From NCBI GenBank assembly GCA_965178125.1, contig OZ237742.1:620001-684000 (forward strand): DNA of 64,000 bases, written 5' to 3'. Below the pieces are notes generated by a model that worked only from the letters and a program-made list of their open reading frames with translations, was not told the DNA's origin and searched no databases. Shown piece by piece: positions 1-13,285 of the stretch. The first letter of the stretch is position 1; each line of letters starts with the position of its first letter. Origin of the DNA: Bilabrum cf. latius. Its lineage: Eukaryota. A program made the position numbers and the translations under genes.

Positions 1-3000
1 TCGCATGATCTCGTAGCACGATTTTCGATGGCAGTCCGATGCTTCCGCGTGATTGCTGCACTGCTAGTTGCTACTGCTGGGATGCATGGCAAGGAATCGG
101 CTTCTGATGCGAGCTCTAGATCAGCCTCAGATCCGCATTCGTAGCGAAAGTCAGAGTCAATGGCTGGCCTGCAACGCACAGAGCAGCAGGCCTGCGTTGT
201 AGAGCAGTGGACCCTGCCTACAATTTGCGTTGCGCTTGGCGTTGCGGAAAAGATGCTAGCAGTCGGGACAAAGATGCAGTCGCAGCGTTACAGAGAGGTG
301 TATGAGCAGGGTGGAGACACAGCAATGGATGAGGTTGGCACTGCGGAGAGCCAGCCGGGGCAGCGCGCTCGTGGGCAGATGAACCCTGCCGACGACAGCA
401 CTCCTTCGCACGCCCCAAAACAAACAGCTTCTCCAGTCGCCCATTCCAACTCCAGTCTCGATTGCATGCATGATCGTCATGTTTGCGAGGCGATGGAATT
501 CGTTGCACTCCTTGGTAGGGCCCTAACATGCTCTCCTGTTGGCTTCCGTGTTCTGCTTCGCTCCGGCGATGGAGACCCGCACAGCCCCAAAGCCCTGGCT
601 AGAACCGCGCTGGCGCTTGTACTACGCAGCTGGAGCTGGAGCCATGATGCATTTGCTCGGGTTTCTGCAGAGCTGCCTTTGCTTCCCGCTCACCCGGACA
701 AGCCGCAGCACTGGGCAGCAGTGCCTCCCGCCAGCAGACCCTCGGCCTCGAGCTGGCAGCTAGACCCCGGCAGCGACAGCGATGATGAAGCCAGCGCTTC
801 CATTCCGTTCTAGGGCTATGAAGGGATTAAGAGTTGGGCAGCTCCTGGAAGGCGGGGTCGCTCGGGCCGGAGAGGCTCGATTCTGGAGAAGAGGCACGTG
901 CGACGCCAACTATTCGCACTGGAGTCCTCGAGATGCACTCGACAGCTGGTTGCCGAGACACTAGGTGCTGCGATGGCTCATGATTAGTTGCAGACCAACA
1001 GAATTTTGTCTTCGGTAGGAGGCATGGGTTGGCGGAATCTAGGTCCGATCTCTGCGGCTGTGCCTGACAGGACGGCGTCAGAGTCTGCCGCCTTTGCCGC
1101 CATTCTTTGTTCGCTCGGTCTTGCGGCTTCAGGTGGCATTCAAAGTACATCTGCGTCTATCACTGGTGGCACGAGCATCCGAGATAAGCTATTTGCATGG
1201 TAGCCTGCCATGCAGGCTGCAGCCTATCCCTAGTCGGTTCCTTCTCTTGATGAAGCCCTGCACTAGCACGAGCTGTTCAATCCCGCGTTTTACTTCGAGC
1301 ACGACAAGGACATGGCAGCGGCAATAGCTGTAGCAGAAAAGCGAAAAGAGCAATCAGAGCTTGGTAGTGTTGATGTTCACGTGAAGCAGGCCTAGACTCT
1401 CTCGGCTGAGCTGCTGAGAACCCTGTCTGCTGAGAGGGTTTGGTTGCGTTCTGGCGTGTCTGCAGTCAGTCTGTCGCAGGATGCGCCTGGCTTTGGGGTA
1501 TCTGTTGCAGCGGCAGCCTCTGACGGATCGTTGCGGACCCAAAGCATGATCGGGGATCGCACAAGGTCCATCCTGGAGAAACTGTTGGAGCTGCAGAGAG
1601 GAGACCTCATTCAGAAATCAATGATGGGTACCTCAAACCGCGCAGACAAAGTCAGCGTTGCGGACAGGAGCACAATGGGTAGCGCATCGGCGTTATCCGC
1701 AGGAAGTTTCGATGCGCATGCTCACTTTGAACATGATGGGAGCTTGCCTCTGCTGTGCCGTGGCATTTTGGGAACGGACGTATCAGTCAACTCGATGTTT
1801 TCGGCCGCTCTAGCTGCGACTGGTGCTTGGTCAGAGATTCGAAGCGCGACTCACACCATGTCTCGACTCGCCGCAATTAAAAGCTTTCACCAGAATGCTA
1901 GGCTTGCGTCCCTAGTCGCCAATTTTTGGGGCCGGTCAGTTGATTTTAGGACCCCACTAGCAACGAGCCAGACCGCCAGACCCCGAGCTGGCTTGCGCTG
2001 GCCAATGCGCCAAGATCCTGGCCGTGTGTTCCTGAGACATGCGGGCTTGGGTAGCGCCATCAATGATGCGTTCATGCACGCAGGTATTTCGGGTAGTGCA
2101 AATTCTGGTTCGATTGGAGTCGGCGGAGATTAGCAGCGTGGTAGAGGTGTAGATGTTCATGACTCGAGACTGGAAGTAAGTCGATTTGAGAGCATGATAC
2201 AATCTGCAGCCGGCCTGCTTGGTCGAACCATATGGTTCGCAGTTATTGCACGAAATGCGGATCTCCAAGAAGACGAAGCTCCTGGTCGTGGTCGGACGGC
2301 TTACACACTTGCTGCGATCGAACGACTGCAATTGCGAAGGGGCCTACTAGGTAGCATTTCATCTGCACCGCCTGCATTGTTGGTAAAAGGCTATGTAGCC
2401 GCCTGCAGGTTGCCTTCACCTGAACCTGTATCTCCGAAAATGTGTGCAGCCATGTGCATGCAATTATCAGTGTCACTGTTGCGGCACAGCATTGCAAGCG
2501 AGAGATACAGAGATGCTTTGCTTGCCGCGTGCTCCATGCGACAATTGCTCAAGGCAAGCGTTGAAGAAGACAATCAAATGGATCCACCAGTTGTCCGTGA
2601 CTTTGTTGACATGATTGCTCCCCTTGTGCGAGTCTCGACCCGTCTACGTGCAGAGCTATTCGTTGCTGGGTAGTTGCAGCGATCAAGGGCAGAAGCAATG
2701 ATCGCCACTTCAAGGCTCAAATCTGCGCAATCTACTCTAAGACGAGCCTCACAGGAGCTCTTGGCGTCAAAGACCACAACAGGAAGCGATAGCGGCTTTC
2801 CACCGGGCAAGATGCACTCCTCGAGAATCAGCGCCGACGAGGCGCAGCGTCGCACGAGTGTGGCAGAGGACCAAGCCAGCACAGCTGCGCGCGCTCTCCT
2901 GAAGGCAAGGGGCAGATTGATGAGCGCTCGCAAAGGAGCAGGCAGCTAGAAGAGCAGTATGACCGTCCGGAGAATGGCAAGGTAGCTTTATGGTGTCACC

Positions 3001-6000
3001 CAGTTGCTTTCAGCTTGCTTTGACGTGCTGAGAGCACGACTGGACTTGCTTGAAGGGGGTCATCGGACGGCGGACTTCGCCCTCGACCTCATGCATGCTG
3101 TCTCCCCTCTTGTACGAGCAATGAACATGAGTACTGAGCTTCCTATGGTCTCGTCTGCACTGGATCTATTCTGGAGGTTATGTCGGGTCGTGCGGCAATT
3201 CGATCCGCATGGCTCGTTTGTTCACCACGAGGTCATTGAGTCGATGGTTTGCACCAGCCGATGGGCGGCTTGCATGGCTGTGCTGGCCAACAGCGTGCTA
3301 AAACCGGCGCTCTAGAGTAAAAGCATGGGGCTGGAGCGGTCGACGGGCGTGCAAGGGGCTGGAATCAGCTCTGACAAGAAATCTCCTGGCCATGCTGGAC
3401 ATGGTGCAGTCGAAGCATCAGATAGCAGCGCAGGAAAGCTTTCCGAAAGCAAAGATGCGATATCAGCATGCAAGCAGCTTTTGGCAGTTGATTCTGTCGG
3501 CGATCAAGTAATGTCGCAGCTTCTAGGTTCTCTGCAGAAGTGCTGCAGCCCTATTGGTGCGATGCAACCAGATGAGATCGCCCACGTGATGCTAGTCTCT
3601 CTCATTCGGCAGCTGCGGCGAGTCCTCGTCCGGGACACAAGCGTTAATGGTATTTTAAACGTGTATCCATGGCTGACAATAGAGTAGGCTGGCGCGGCTC
3701 AATTAGCAGTTTCTCGCAAGCCGTGCGCCCCTTTTGATCCAACTCTTGGCGACTGCGTGCTGCTTACTGGCATCTCACTTGGCTCATTGGATGCTACAGG
3801 AGGTATCTCTGCCGGTGATAAAGCTTTAAATGAACTGATTCATGGTCCAAGTGAGCAGCTTCGAGCCATTCCAGAGTCCGTACCTGCAGGTACTAATGCG
3901 TCATGGGTTGGTGCGAGTTGCGGGATGCATGGAGGCGAGGGACTGCACAGGATCATTCGAGAGTGTTGTGCTGCTATATGGGCATCGTTACACTTTAGTA
4001 GCGCTGCTGCTGACATTGTGAGTACAGAGACAGTTCCACGGGCGATTGCAACTGTATTGCGGCCGTGCGGGCAGCAGTTTGCTGAGGCATACGAGTTGCT
4101 GCAGCGCGCTCCTGACGAGCCGCGAGCGGAAGCTGCTGACAGCAAAGCAAACAGATCAACATCACGCAGCTCGAGAGGGCCTCGCTTTGAATTCCACGAC
4201 AAGTCGGTTTTCTCATTCCCGTCTAGCGGCCTGACATCGAACCAGCCGTCCGCTGCGTTTGACCGCTTTCGCAAGACGCACTATTCGCACTTCAAAGGAT
4301 CTGATGCTGCGCCAAAGGAGACGGATGCAGGACTTGGAGGCGTTGACTTAGACGCGTCTCCTTCCTTCACTAGACACAGGCGACGATTGTACGATGAGAC
4401 AGCCCCGTATTTGCTTGGACAGGGCTCTGCAGACATTCGCAAGACCCGGGAGGCGGTTCATGCGGTGTTAAAGCGACGAGACCTGAACAAGCTAGGTCGA
4501 AGCGTATTGGTTCGTTCTGTGCATGACCTGCTATCTAGTTTGGGCCGGGGTAGTGGAACCGAAGCCATTGAAGCGGCTGCCCAAGCTCTGGCTCGGGTAC
4601 GGCCGGTGCAATCCGAAAAGATTGTGCTGGACGGCATGGAGCCCTCTGCGGTCATGTTGAATGTGTCAAAGTCCTTGGTGCTGTGGTATCAGGACATGAG
4701 AAAGGATGGTATAACTTCAGATACTCGGCCGTTAGACACATCGCCGGTTCCACAGCACGTTGAAGGGCCGATCAGCTGTTCAGATGCCATTCGAATCTAG
4801 AAATTGGGATCCGAGTCGGCAGCGCTTGCCGGTGGTGAAGGTGATGCACCCATAGAATTTCCTGAAATTTCTTCGATTTCTCCCTTCTTCTCGGACGGTG
4901 TTGCCCACTGTGCTCTTGAGGCTGCGGCTTCCATGTGCAGTGCCATGGCTGCCAAAGCTGACGCGATCTCAGTCGTCCATTCAGTTGGGTTTACTGCATC
5001 TTTAGGACTCTGTGCGGCCAACGTGTTCTGTTCAGCGAAACTCAGGGTTCGCTCCGCCGAAGTGCTCTGGATGCTACACTTAAAGTGGAGATCCATCCAG
5101 CAGCGATCACTGCGGGCTAGCCAGGACCTTGCGCACTCCGTGAAACGAAGCAGTGCCACCCCGCAGGGCAAGAGCAGCGGCAAGGACGGAGTACTTCCAA
5201 CCGTTCTAGGAGTTGCGCAGATGCTGCTTGGCTAGCACAGCCTATGGAGAGCAGCAGCACACCTGCTCCGTGCGATTGGTATGTCACCTCGCAACGTGTG
5301 CATGCCGAATGCGGTTCGACAACGGCGTGTTTGCACGCGCAGTGCGCTTTCTGCTGAAGCGCCCTTGTTGGCAGCCAAGCTTGGGTTGGCTAACGAGCGC
5401 ACCGAATCACAGTCACCGGCGCTGGATCGATTCGCAAACGGGGTCAGTCGTGCAGCTTGGAACTCACAGATTGATGTGCAGGAGCGATGTGCATCATTGC
5501 TCGCTGGCATATCCGCAGAGATAGGCCATGGCAAAGGCGACAGCGGATGCAGTGGCCGAGTTATAGCGGTGGTGTAGCGCACAAAGAAATCGCTTCGTTA
5601 GCTTGCCACCGAGGATTGGGAGGACAAGCACATGAACACATCTGCAGTCGTTGGGCAGCTTCACAGAACCATTTCACTCCTTTTAGTGGTACTTGTAAAT
5701 CTTTCGGCAGATGACCGCTTCAAGTCATCCAGCAAGAGTGCCATACTATCCATCTTTGGCATGGCGTACCCGGTCAGCCGATTCAAGCCTTTAGTAGGCG
5801 GTGGGCACTTGCACCTCAAGCCAAGGCTGCCACCAGCCATTTAGTCCCTGGCAATGAAGCTGGTGACCAATCTTACCCATTCGCCGACGCACAGATCCCT
5901 CGTGTATCGTAGCGAGCTCGCGCACCGAGCCCGCATCGCAAGAAGTGAGCATAAACGGACATGGGCGGTGGATGAAGAAGACTGGAGGCTTAAGCAAGTG

Positions 6001-9000
6001 GACCGAGCAGCAGCTGTGTTTGATCCGAGCTCCACTGATAGCGAGGTCGATGATCCCCTAATCGATGCTCAGGCAGGTATAAAGCTCAGCCGGCAGATCG
6101 CCACCAGGAAACAGGCTCGGGCCCGGGACGTGGAACGCCTACCTCCACACTCTTCAAGCTAGCTTTCTGAAAGCGCCATGCTCCGAATCGAGTCTCGCCC
6201 GCTGCAATGCATGATGCAGCGACCCACTCTGGATAGAAGGGTTATTGTCCGGCAAGAAGAGCTTGAATCCACCCCAACTGACGTGATTCATGTTGAGAAG
6301 GCAAGTCGATCGACCCGGCCCCGCTCTGCAAGACTTCTTCGAGCGAAAGGGACCACAGTATCAGGCACTAGTGGACCAGTTGCTGCTAGCTATTTTGATG
6401 CGCGCTCTGGCTAGTCTCCGCAACCCAATTAGTATACGCTGGCGCCTGGTCCACGACGACCGACGAGTGCCCGCCCGATTCGAAGCTCGCCGAGCGTGAG
6501 CAGGAGCAGGAAGCGTGCTGGTATTCCAAGCTCTCCAATGAGAGTGAAGCCCTTGGGCCTTCGACCAGCCTCGGCTCAAATCGGACTACAGCGACAGTCC
6601 AGCGCGATACTAGATTCTCACAATGCGACTACCTCTGAGTTTTAGTCGCGATTGCGCTGGGCACCAGACGTAACTGCGGTGTCGGCTGGTGGACAGACAC
6701 TGCGAGCGCGCCGAGTTGCAAGCGCGTCGATCGAGCAAAACCTCGGAAATTCTTCTCAATTTGGAGTTGTGCAGGATGGTGCCTTGCAAATTCGAGCAGG
6801 ACAGAGTGAGAACGTGGAGTTTGAGGGTACTTTCTTGGCATTTGGACACGTGCTGCGTGAGTCTAAGGTTGTGGATGAGGGTTCGAGGCAGACTGGCGCC
6901 CGGATATCCACTGCTGCATCTGGTGACGAAGTTCGAAAACGTCGATTCGGTTTTGAATCGCCAAATCGCTCCGCGAGGCAAAGACGCGAACTTCTGGGCA
7001 CGTTCGATGACGACGATGATGACTCTGTTGCAGGCGGGGATGCGGCTGATCATGGCACCCCTGCCAAGCTGATTCACTCTGTGAGACTCTCTCGAGAAGC
7101 TGCCATCGATTCTAAGGACGCCACAGATAGCATCGCTCCAGCAGAATAGGTGCTAGTCGCCACGCATTCGGCAGTGAATGCTGCAGCGTAGGCGTTTGTC
7201 TCAAGAAGAAAAGGCCGTCACGCTGCCGCGAGCCCGATGCGATTTCAGGCCAAGTTCAAAAATGAAGCCAGTGGTGATCAACTCGCCGCGTCTGGTTCTT
7301 TGCGAGACCCCGACGATATCGAGGCAGACCGTAAAGCATTCGGTGGTAAAAGCTTCGAAGTTTCGACCGGGTCAAAGCCTGCAGTACGACGACCTCGTGG
7401 GTCCGAGAATCCAGGCACCGACACGCTGGCGCCGTTCCTTCGCCGACAAGCCAAGAACTGCACCCGTGCTGATGCACTGATCGCTGATGCGCTTGGACTA
7501 GATATTGCACATGAGTCGCAGGCCTTGGGCGGCAGAACAAACAGGCTAGTCGCGCCGTCGGTGGAGCAGGTGCCTGGCATCCATGCCGTGGGCGAGCACG
7601 TGATTGATGGCAGCGGCCACGTCAGGTACTATCCTAAGTCTTAGACGGCTCCAAAGCTGGAGTTTGAGGCCAAGGTGTAGCACGATCGGGTGATGAAGTT
7701 CACGTTCGGCTCTGAGAAGCGTGAGCATGCAGATCCAGCGTCAGCGCGTCATGGACTTGGCGGCTTCAGCAAATCTGCTGCATCAGAGCGCGAGTCTGCT
7801 GGCCCGCACCTGTGGGCGTTCGAGGCACATGAAGGTTCTCGTATCGCAGAAGAGGCGGGAATCCCTTCGCAACGCCTGCCGAATGGACGTTTGGTGAGGT
7901 ATTATTTCCGGTCTGACGTTCACCGGGCCGTGTACCAGCACGATGGCACGCCGGCAAGCTTCCCCTCGGACCCATTTGTCGATTTGAGGCGTCTGCAAGC
8001 TGGGCCATCTGACACCAACATCGGCATGCTACTTGAGGACTGCCCGCTTTTGCCGATGCATCGCATGGATGAGCGTCGCCTGCCTCCCATTGGCTCATTG
8101 CTGGACCCCAATTCACCCAGATGGCGCAGCAGGCCGTGGGCGCGCGGTCTTGTGCTCCCCAGTCCGTTCGAGGGCAAGCTACAGGTGTATTTTGACGACA
8201 AGTCTTACAGCGTCCCGTAGCTTCCTGCACTCCCGCGTGAAAAGCGACCGACCAACCTTGGTGCCAGGAAGAAGAAGGCGGTCGACAAGATAGTGTCTGT
8301 TTTCAAGCCTCGCTCGAGGGAGAGTGCATCCGGGACTCTCTTTACTGGAGAAGCAGTTGGGGCCAAAGCCATTCGACTCGAATGGAAGAGGCAAGAGCTA
8401 AAAGGTGCACTCTTTGTTATGGTCAATCGAATGTACAAGGAGGTGCGAGGGGGCTCTAGAGGAGCCACCGATCTTGGTCGCACCCTTGAAGTTCTGTGTG
8501 AGCCAGACAATGCTGAGCTTGTGCTCGCGGTGTTCGATCTGTACGCCGCAGTCACCGGTGGCACCGACACGGATGCGTTCCTCACGCTTACCCAGGCAGG
8601 TTTTCACCTGTTTGCGGCCCATGCTGGCATTGTGCAGGTGCCCGGGGTGCAGCCATCCAGCGCCGGCAGGCGTTTCAGCAAATTTGCTCTCAGAAGCAGC
8701 GATCTGGACACTGTGTACATCCAGGCACATGTGCAGACCAAGCGGTTGTAGGATGCCAGGGCCATGAAAGCAAGCAGGGCAATCGGAATTCGGCCCGCTC
8801 CTCGCTCAGGATCTGTTGCAGCCACTGGACGGTCTTCAACATCAAGTGCATCCGCTGCTCGAGGCAGACAGGCAGGCCAAAGCAGCCCCGCTGCAAGGCA
8901 GGGCTCGCCGACCCGCGTATCATTGCCACCGGAACCTGCCGATCGATCGCTGCATCGCTGGTAGTTCATTGAGAGTCTAGCCCGCATCGCACACGACATG

Positions 9001-10302
9001 TACGTCAAGTCCTCGCAAGAGCGGTCGTTAGCGGGTGCGATGCGGCGGTTGCTGAGCCAGGACCTTAGAAGGCGTCTACCGTTCTTCGTGCAGATTGCTG
9101 GCGATCGGTACAGGAAGCGGCGCTTGTACACGCTGGCGGTCGATGATGCCATCAGACCGCACCTGCAGACGCTACGAAGGCTCCACACTACATACGCCTC
9201 GCCTGACGCGACATTTACTGTGGAAGTCCCAGTTCGTCGCGGCAAGGCGCTCCTCAAGGCCGTTGCAGGAGCACTGCGAATGCGACTGGCGATGCTAGGC
9301 GCAAAAGGGCTCAAGCAAGGGGCGGGTTCTGGCAACAAGCCAAGTGGTGGGCTGCTTGGGGCCGTCGGGAAAGTGGCGGCAGCTCAGCAGATACCTGCTG
9401 CTGATAGTGTGAGCGAAACAAGTTCGACTTCAACTCCGAATACTCGCACAGTGAGGATGCCACTGATGGCTCTGGAAGGCTTCATGAGGCTGATGCATGA
9501 CGCTCGCGTTGTGGACGGGGACCTCACAAAGCGAGACATCGTCCTTGCGTTTACATTTGCTCGGCTTAGACGACCCGATCCACTGAGGGGATCGGGAGAA
9601 ATGCAGCGCTCTACGCATCTATCATTCATGGACTTCCTCGAGGCGCTGTGCCGAGTTGCAGACTCCCATACCCTACCGACGCACGAGGAAATGCAGGCAG
9701 CTGGCGTGCAGGATCCCAACGAGTATTTCAAGAAGCTGGACGCTGCCGGACTGCCTCGGCCGAGGCGACCTTCAGGGTCGTGGGTCGCCCCGAAAACGCG
9801 GCCGCTAGGTGTGAAGGTCCAGCTGTTCTTGGATCGACTGATGGGCGGCCTAAAAGATCGCGTGGCAACGCTTCGTGACAGCGACTCCAAGATCAAGTCT
9901 GCCCTAGTCCCAACCCCGGCTGGCGGGCTCGCAATTCCAGCTGGTGCCCTCGCTGGAATCAAGGATCCAAAGAAAGCCGTCGAATTTGTGCGTGCAGCCG
10001 CCGCGCTGGCTAGCCGCGCTGCACGAGCTAGGGAGGTTTTAGCCTCAAAGTCAAGGTCCTCCGACCGCAAGCAGCAGCAAATTGTGCTAGATGGGGATGG
10101 TAGAGCCAGCTAGGGGGCCGTGCACAGCTCCGGGCCACGTATTCTGCTCGAGGGAAGTTCTAGTGCGAACGCGCGACGCCGAGGGTCCGTCGTGATCGGA
10201 GCTGGAGACTTGGCCAGGCTGGCCAGCTCGGTGCAGGGTGCTGATCTTGCTAGTAGGGCAGGTGTTCGACGAAGGGTCGGACACAGGAGGCAGTCTGTTT
10301 GA
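1..10302 (+). CDS. Giant uncharacterised protein (>3,433 aa, starts before the window) with C-terminal EF-hand-like helical motifs
   Basis: Frame 1 is open from base 1 to TGA at 10300-10302 except for 30 TAG codons (e.g. 142, 811, 985, 1201, 2131, 4798, 8962, 10111). There is no TAA/TGA and no frameshift, and ORF-track pieces 160..813 through 10120..10302 share this frame. C-terminal motifs LAVFDLYAA, SLHRW[Q]FIESLARIAHDMY, MALEGFMRLMHDAR and LSFMDFLEALCRVA resemble degenerate EF-hand-type helices. Function not assigned. Confidence 0.85.
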
Positions 10303-10444
10303 TTGTACGTGGTCTGTTGCACCATTATGGTTTGACTACATCACGGAATGGTTTGAGTCGAGGCCGTGCACGCACCCAATGTGGCCTTAATGCTGTATGC
10401 ATAGCTACGTCTAATCTATACTACACTTTCTCTAGTTTCAACCA

Positions 10445-13175
10445 TCAGTAAGTTGGGGCAATTCCAGCAGCCCTTAGCTGCTGCCGAAGCCGGTCGGCCT
10501 TGACTGCCAGCAGCTTCGACATTTCCACGCACACTTCCAGCTCCTGCTTGAACCCATCCGCGCCGACCACCCGCCGTTCTGTGGAAGGGTCATCAGTCGA
10601 TAAGCCCGGCGAGTCAAGGAGCTTCTTGCAGTTGTCTACTACCCACTTAAATCCCGCCTGCGCATCCACGCAGTCCCTGACACGGCCAGCGGCCGTAGGA
10701 TCCAGCCTCTTGTTGACGAGGTGGGCCACCACAAATGCTGCGTTCAGGTAAGCCATGGTCGTCCCGCTGTCAATCTCCGTGGCGCCAACGAGCGGCTTGT
10801 CCTAACTGCCGCCAGCGTATCCCCCGTCCGCAAGAATGCTAGGCTGCTCTTTCGCAAGCACAGCGTCTCTCATGACATCTTGGATCAGGTCCGCCCTCTC
10901 TGATATGCAACGGGGTACTGGGGGTCCACCGGCTGGCAGCCGCTTGTCGCTAAAACATCTCAAGAAGTGCAAGTTGAAGAAGATGGCTCGATCCACAACC
11001 TTGCACAAGCCGTTCAGCTCGCCGAGACTGGGTGCCTTTTGCGATTGCTCGAAGGCGTCATCCACCAGCTGCATCTTGATCTCTGCGGCCTCTCGCGCTG
11101 CCATGGCACACTGGTGCGATAGTTCTTTGTGGTTCACGATGAAGATGGACGGGTTCAGCACACCAAGCAAGCCTGCCTGCAGACCGACCCGCCGCAGGTG
11201 CATGGCCTGGGCGCGCTGTGGCGTGGACTCAAAGCCAACCAAGCAGCGGTAGAGCCCAGCCTTGTCCTCCTGGATCCGTACATAGTCCGTGACAAAGCCG
11301 TCCAGCTTGAAGTACTTCAGTGCCGTGGCGAAGTGGGCATTCGCCCGTTTGAAGTAGGTTCGGGCCTGCGGGAAGCTGTTGACGTCTTTAGGGGTCGGGT
11401 GCTTGGGATCAAGCGATGGCGGGGTGGCCGGTGGAGTCGTCTCATCTGCACATTCCTGCATGAATGACGCGAAGGGAAGAGCTACTTCGGACGGGGCGAG
11501 CAGCCGCTCGCCCTCGCTTAGCTTGCTCTCTTCGGCTCCCGATGATGGGGCAGACGTGCCTCTGCTTCCCGCTCCCTCCCCAGCCCCACCAGCGGGGGGC
11601 GATTTCGTCTCCACCTCGTCCTCCAGATCCGACTCGGAATCACCTATGTCAACATCAAAGTCGTCGTCCTCAGCGTCATCATCGGCGCCCGTGCCCGATG
11701 CAGCAGCCCCAGAACCCGACTCAGACCCGTCTCCAGGGCGCAGTGGCATGTCAGACCTCGTCCTAACGTTGGACGCGGCTTCAGCCAGGGGAACTGGCAC
11801 GGCCATGCGACGCCTTCTCTTGTAGAGCATGCCCTCCGTCCCTGCAGGCCCAAGTCGATCGGCCTTGATCTCCTCCTGCACATCCCTCTCTCGGGCGGTG
11901 TCCAGCACGTCCAGAAGCAGCCTACCGCGGTAGAGGCTGACCTCCGCGGTAACCCTCTTCGCGCGGTCTCCGACCTCGACGCTACCTGGAGAGATGTCTT
12001 CGACCGATGCAGCGGATGTGGCCTGCATCACGTCCAGCGTTCGCTGCTGCTTGTGGTGCTGCAGCATGCACTCCGCAGCACCGAGACACCTTGCCGCGTG
12101 CTGCCACCATCGCCGCGCCTTGTAGAAATTGCAGAGCCGCACGGCGTTTCTAGACCACTCGATCCGGTCGATTGATGCGCCGATGGTGCTCTTCGTGTCT
12201 GCGGCATCATCCCCCGGGCTATGCTCCGCCGCTGCCAGCTCATCCTGTCCATCTGCCGAAGCATCGCTTCGCGTGACAGCCATATGAGGCGACGAATAGC
12301 CAATCAGCTACCGCTCCAACGTGACTCGGACATATCTCGATGCTGCACTGGTCTCTTGCATGCTAGCGTACACTTGAGCGTAGTAGAAGGTGGTGTGCGT
12401 GTAGGCTGCCTCGAGCTGCAGCGACAGCTCATGCAGCCTGGCTGGTGGCACCGGGGCTGGTTCACCTGCTCGGCCTACCTCGTGTGCCGAAGGGTCTGCT
12501 AACACCACAGCGCTACTCCCGCCTTTGATGTCTGAATCACCATCCTTTGGAACAGCAGGCGCTTGCTTGAGCAGCGGAAGAACTTCGGAATGCACTCGCT
12601 TCGCAAGCCGCAAGTGCTTCAGGGCCGCCCGGGGCCGTGACCACCCAGTTAGAATGAGAGACCTGTGCCCACAGGCACGGATTATGTCGCTCGCAAAACC
12701 AACAATTCCACAAATCAGGGGAGCACTGTCTGCTGGTGCTTTGCGTGATCTGACGGAGCCAAGCAGTGCGGCCAGCACTGGCATCCCCTTCTGTAAAGAC
12801 TCGCCAATCTGCCTATCGCCAGTCGTGTTTTCTTCCGTGTCAATGAAATTGATACCCTTGCGGAGCTTTATCCTTGTGCGCAACAAATCAAGATCCGGGA
12901 TGTCAGCCGCAGTGGAAGCGGCTGTTTCATTGAGGGCTTTCAGCTGCCCATCCTACGGTTATGCGGGAAGGAGTGCAGTACAATCAAGTGTAGACGAATT
13001 GGACGTGAAAAAGCAGCTTTGAAACCTGGACTGTACTTACTAGAACTGCTCTAGCTTCGTACTTGAACTTGTACGGTTCTTTTTCAGGGGACACTTTGGC
13101 CTCTAGAGCATCGGCAGACCTAAGGTCGTTCTAGAATGAAAAGTACAATTCATTCAATTCGTGAGCACCTGACAT
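10445..13175 (-). CDS. KIFBP: KIF-binding protein (KBP/KIF1BP) homolog, 2 exons (13175-13041, 12952-10445)
   Basis: Exon 1 MSGAHELNELYFSF[TAG]NDL...PEKEPYKFKYEARAVL matches the KBP N-terminal PEKEPYKSKYSARALL motif. Also YTHTTFYYAQVY...YVRVTLER[TAG]L, IEWSRNAVRLCNFY and YFKLDGFVTDYVRI. Three in-frame TAG (13131-13133, 12308-12310, 10802-10804); ends TGA at 10445. Confidence 0.93.
12953..13040 (-). other. Spliceosomal intron (88 nt, phase 0) in KIFBP
   Basis: GTAAGT donor and ...CCGTAG acceptor; removing it joins the conserved N-terminal motif in frame to the rest of the protein. Confidence 0.85.
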
Positions 13176-13285
13176 GAATCACGCAAACGATCAAAATGTT
13201 ATCAAGAACACTTTTCGTGGGCGAATTGAGTGGGAGAAGCAGTCGAACCAAACACGATTCCACTTTGGCGCACAACAGCCCCCCA
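13176..13285. promoter_or_regulatory. Putative compact bidirectional promoter (KIFBP / C9orf78-like)
   Basis: Head-to-head start codons about 110 bp apart with an AT-richer spacer. Inferred from geometry only. Confidence 0.45.
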
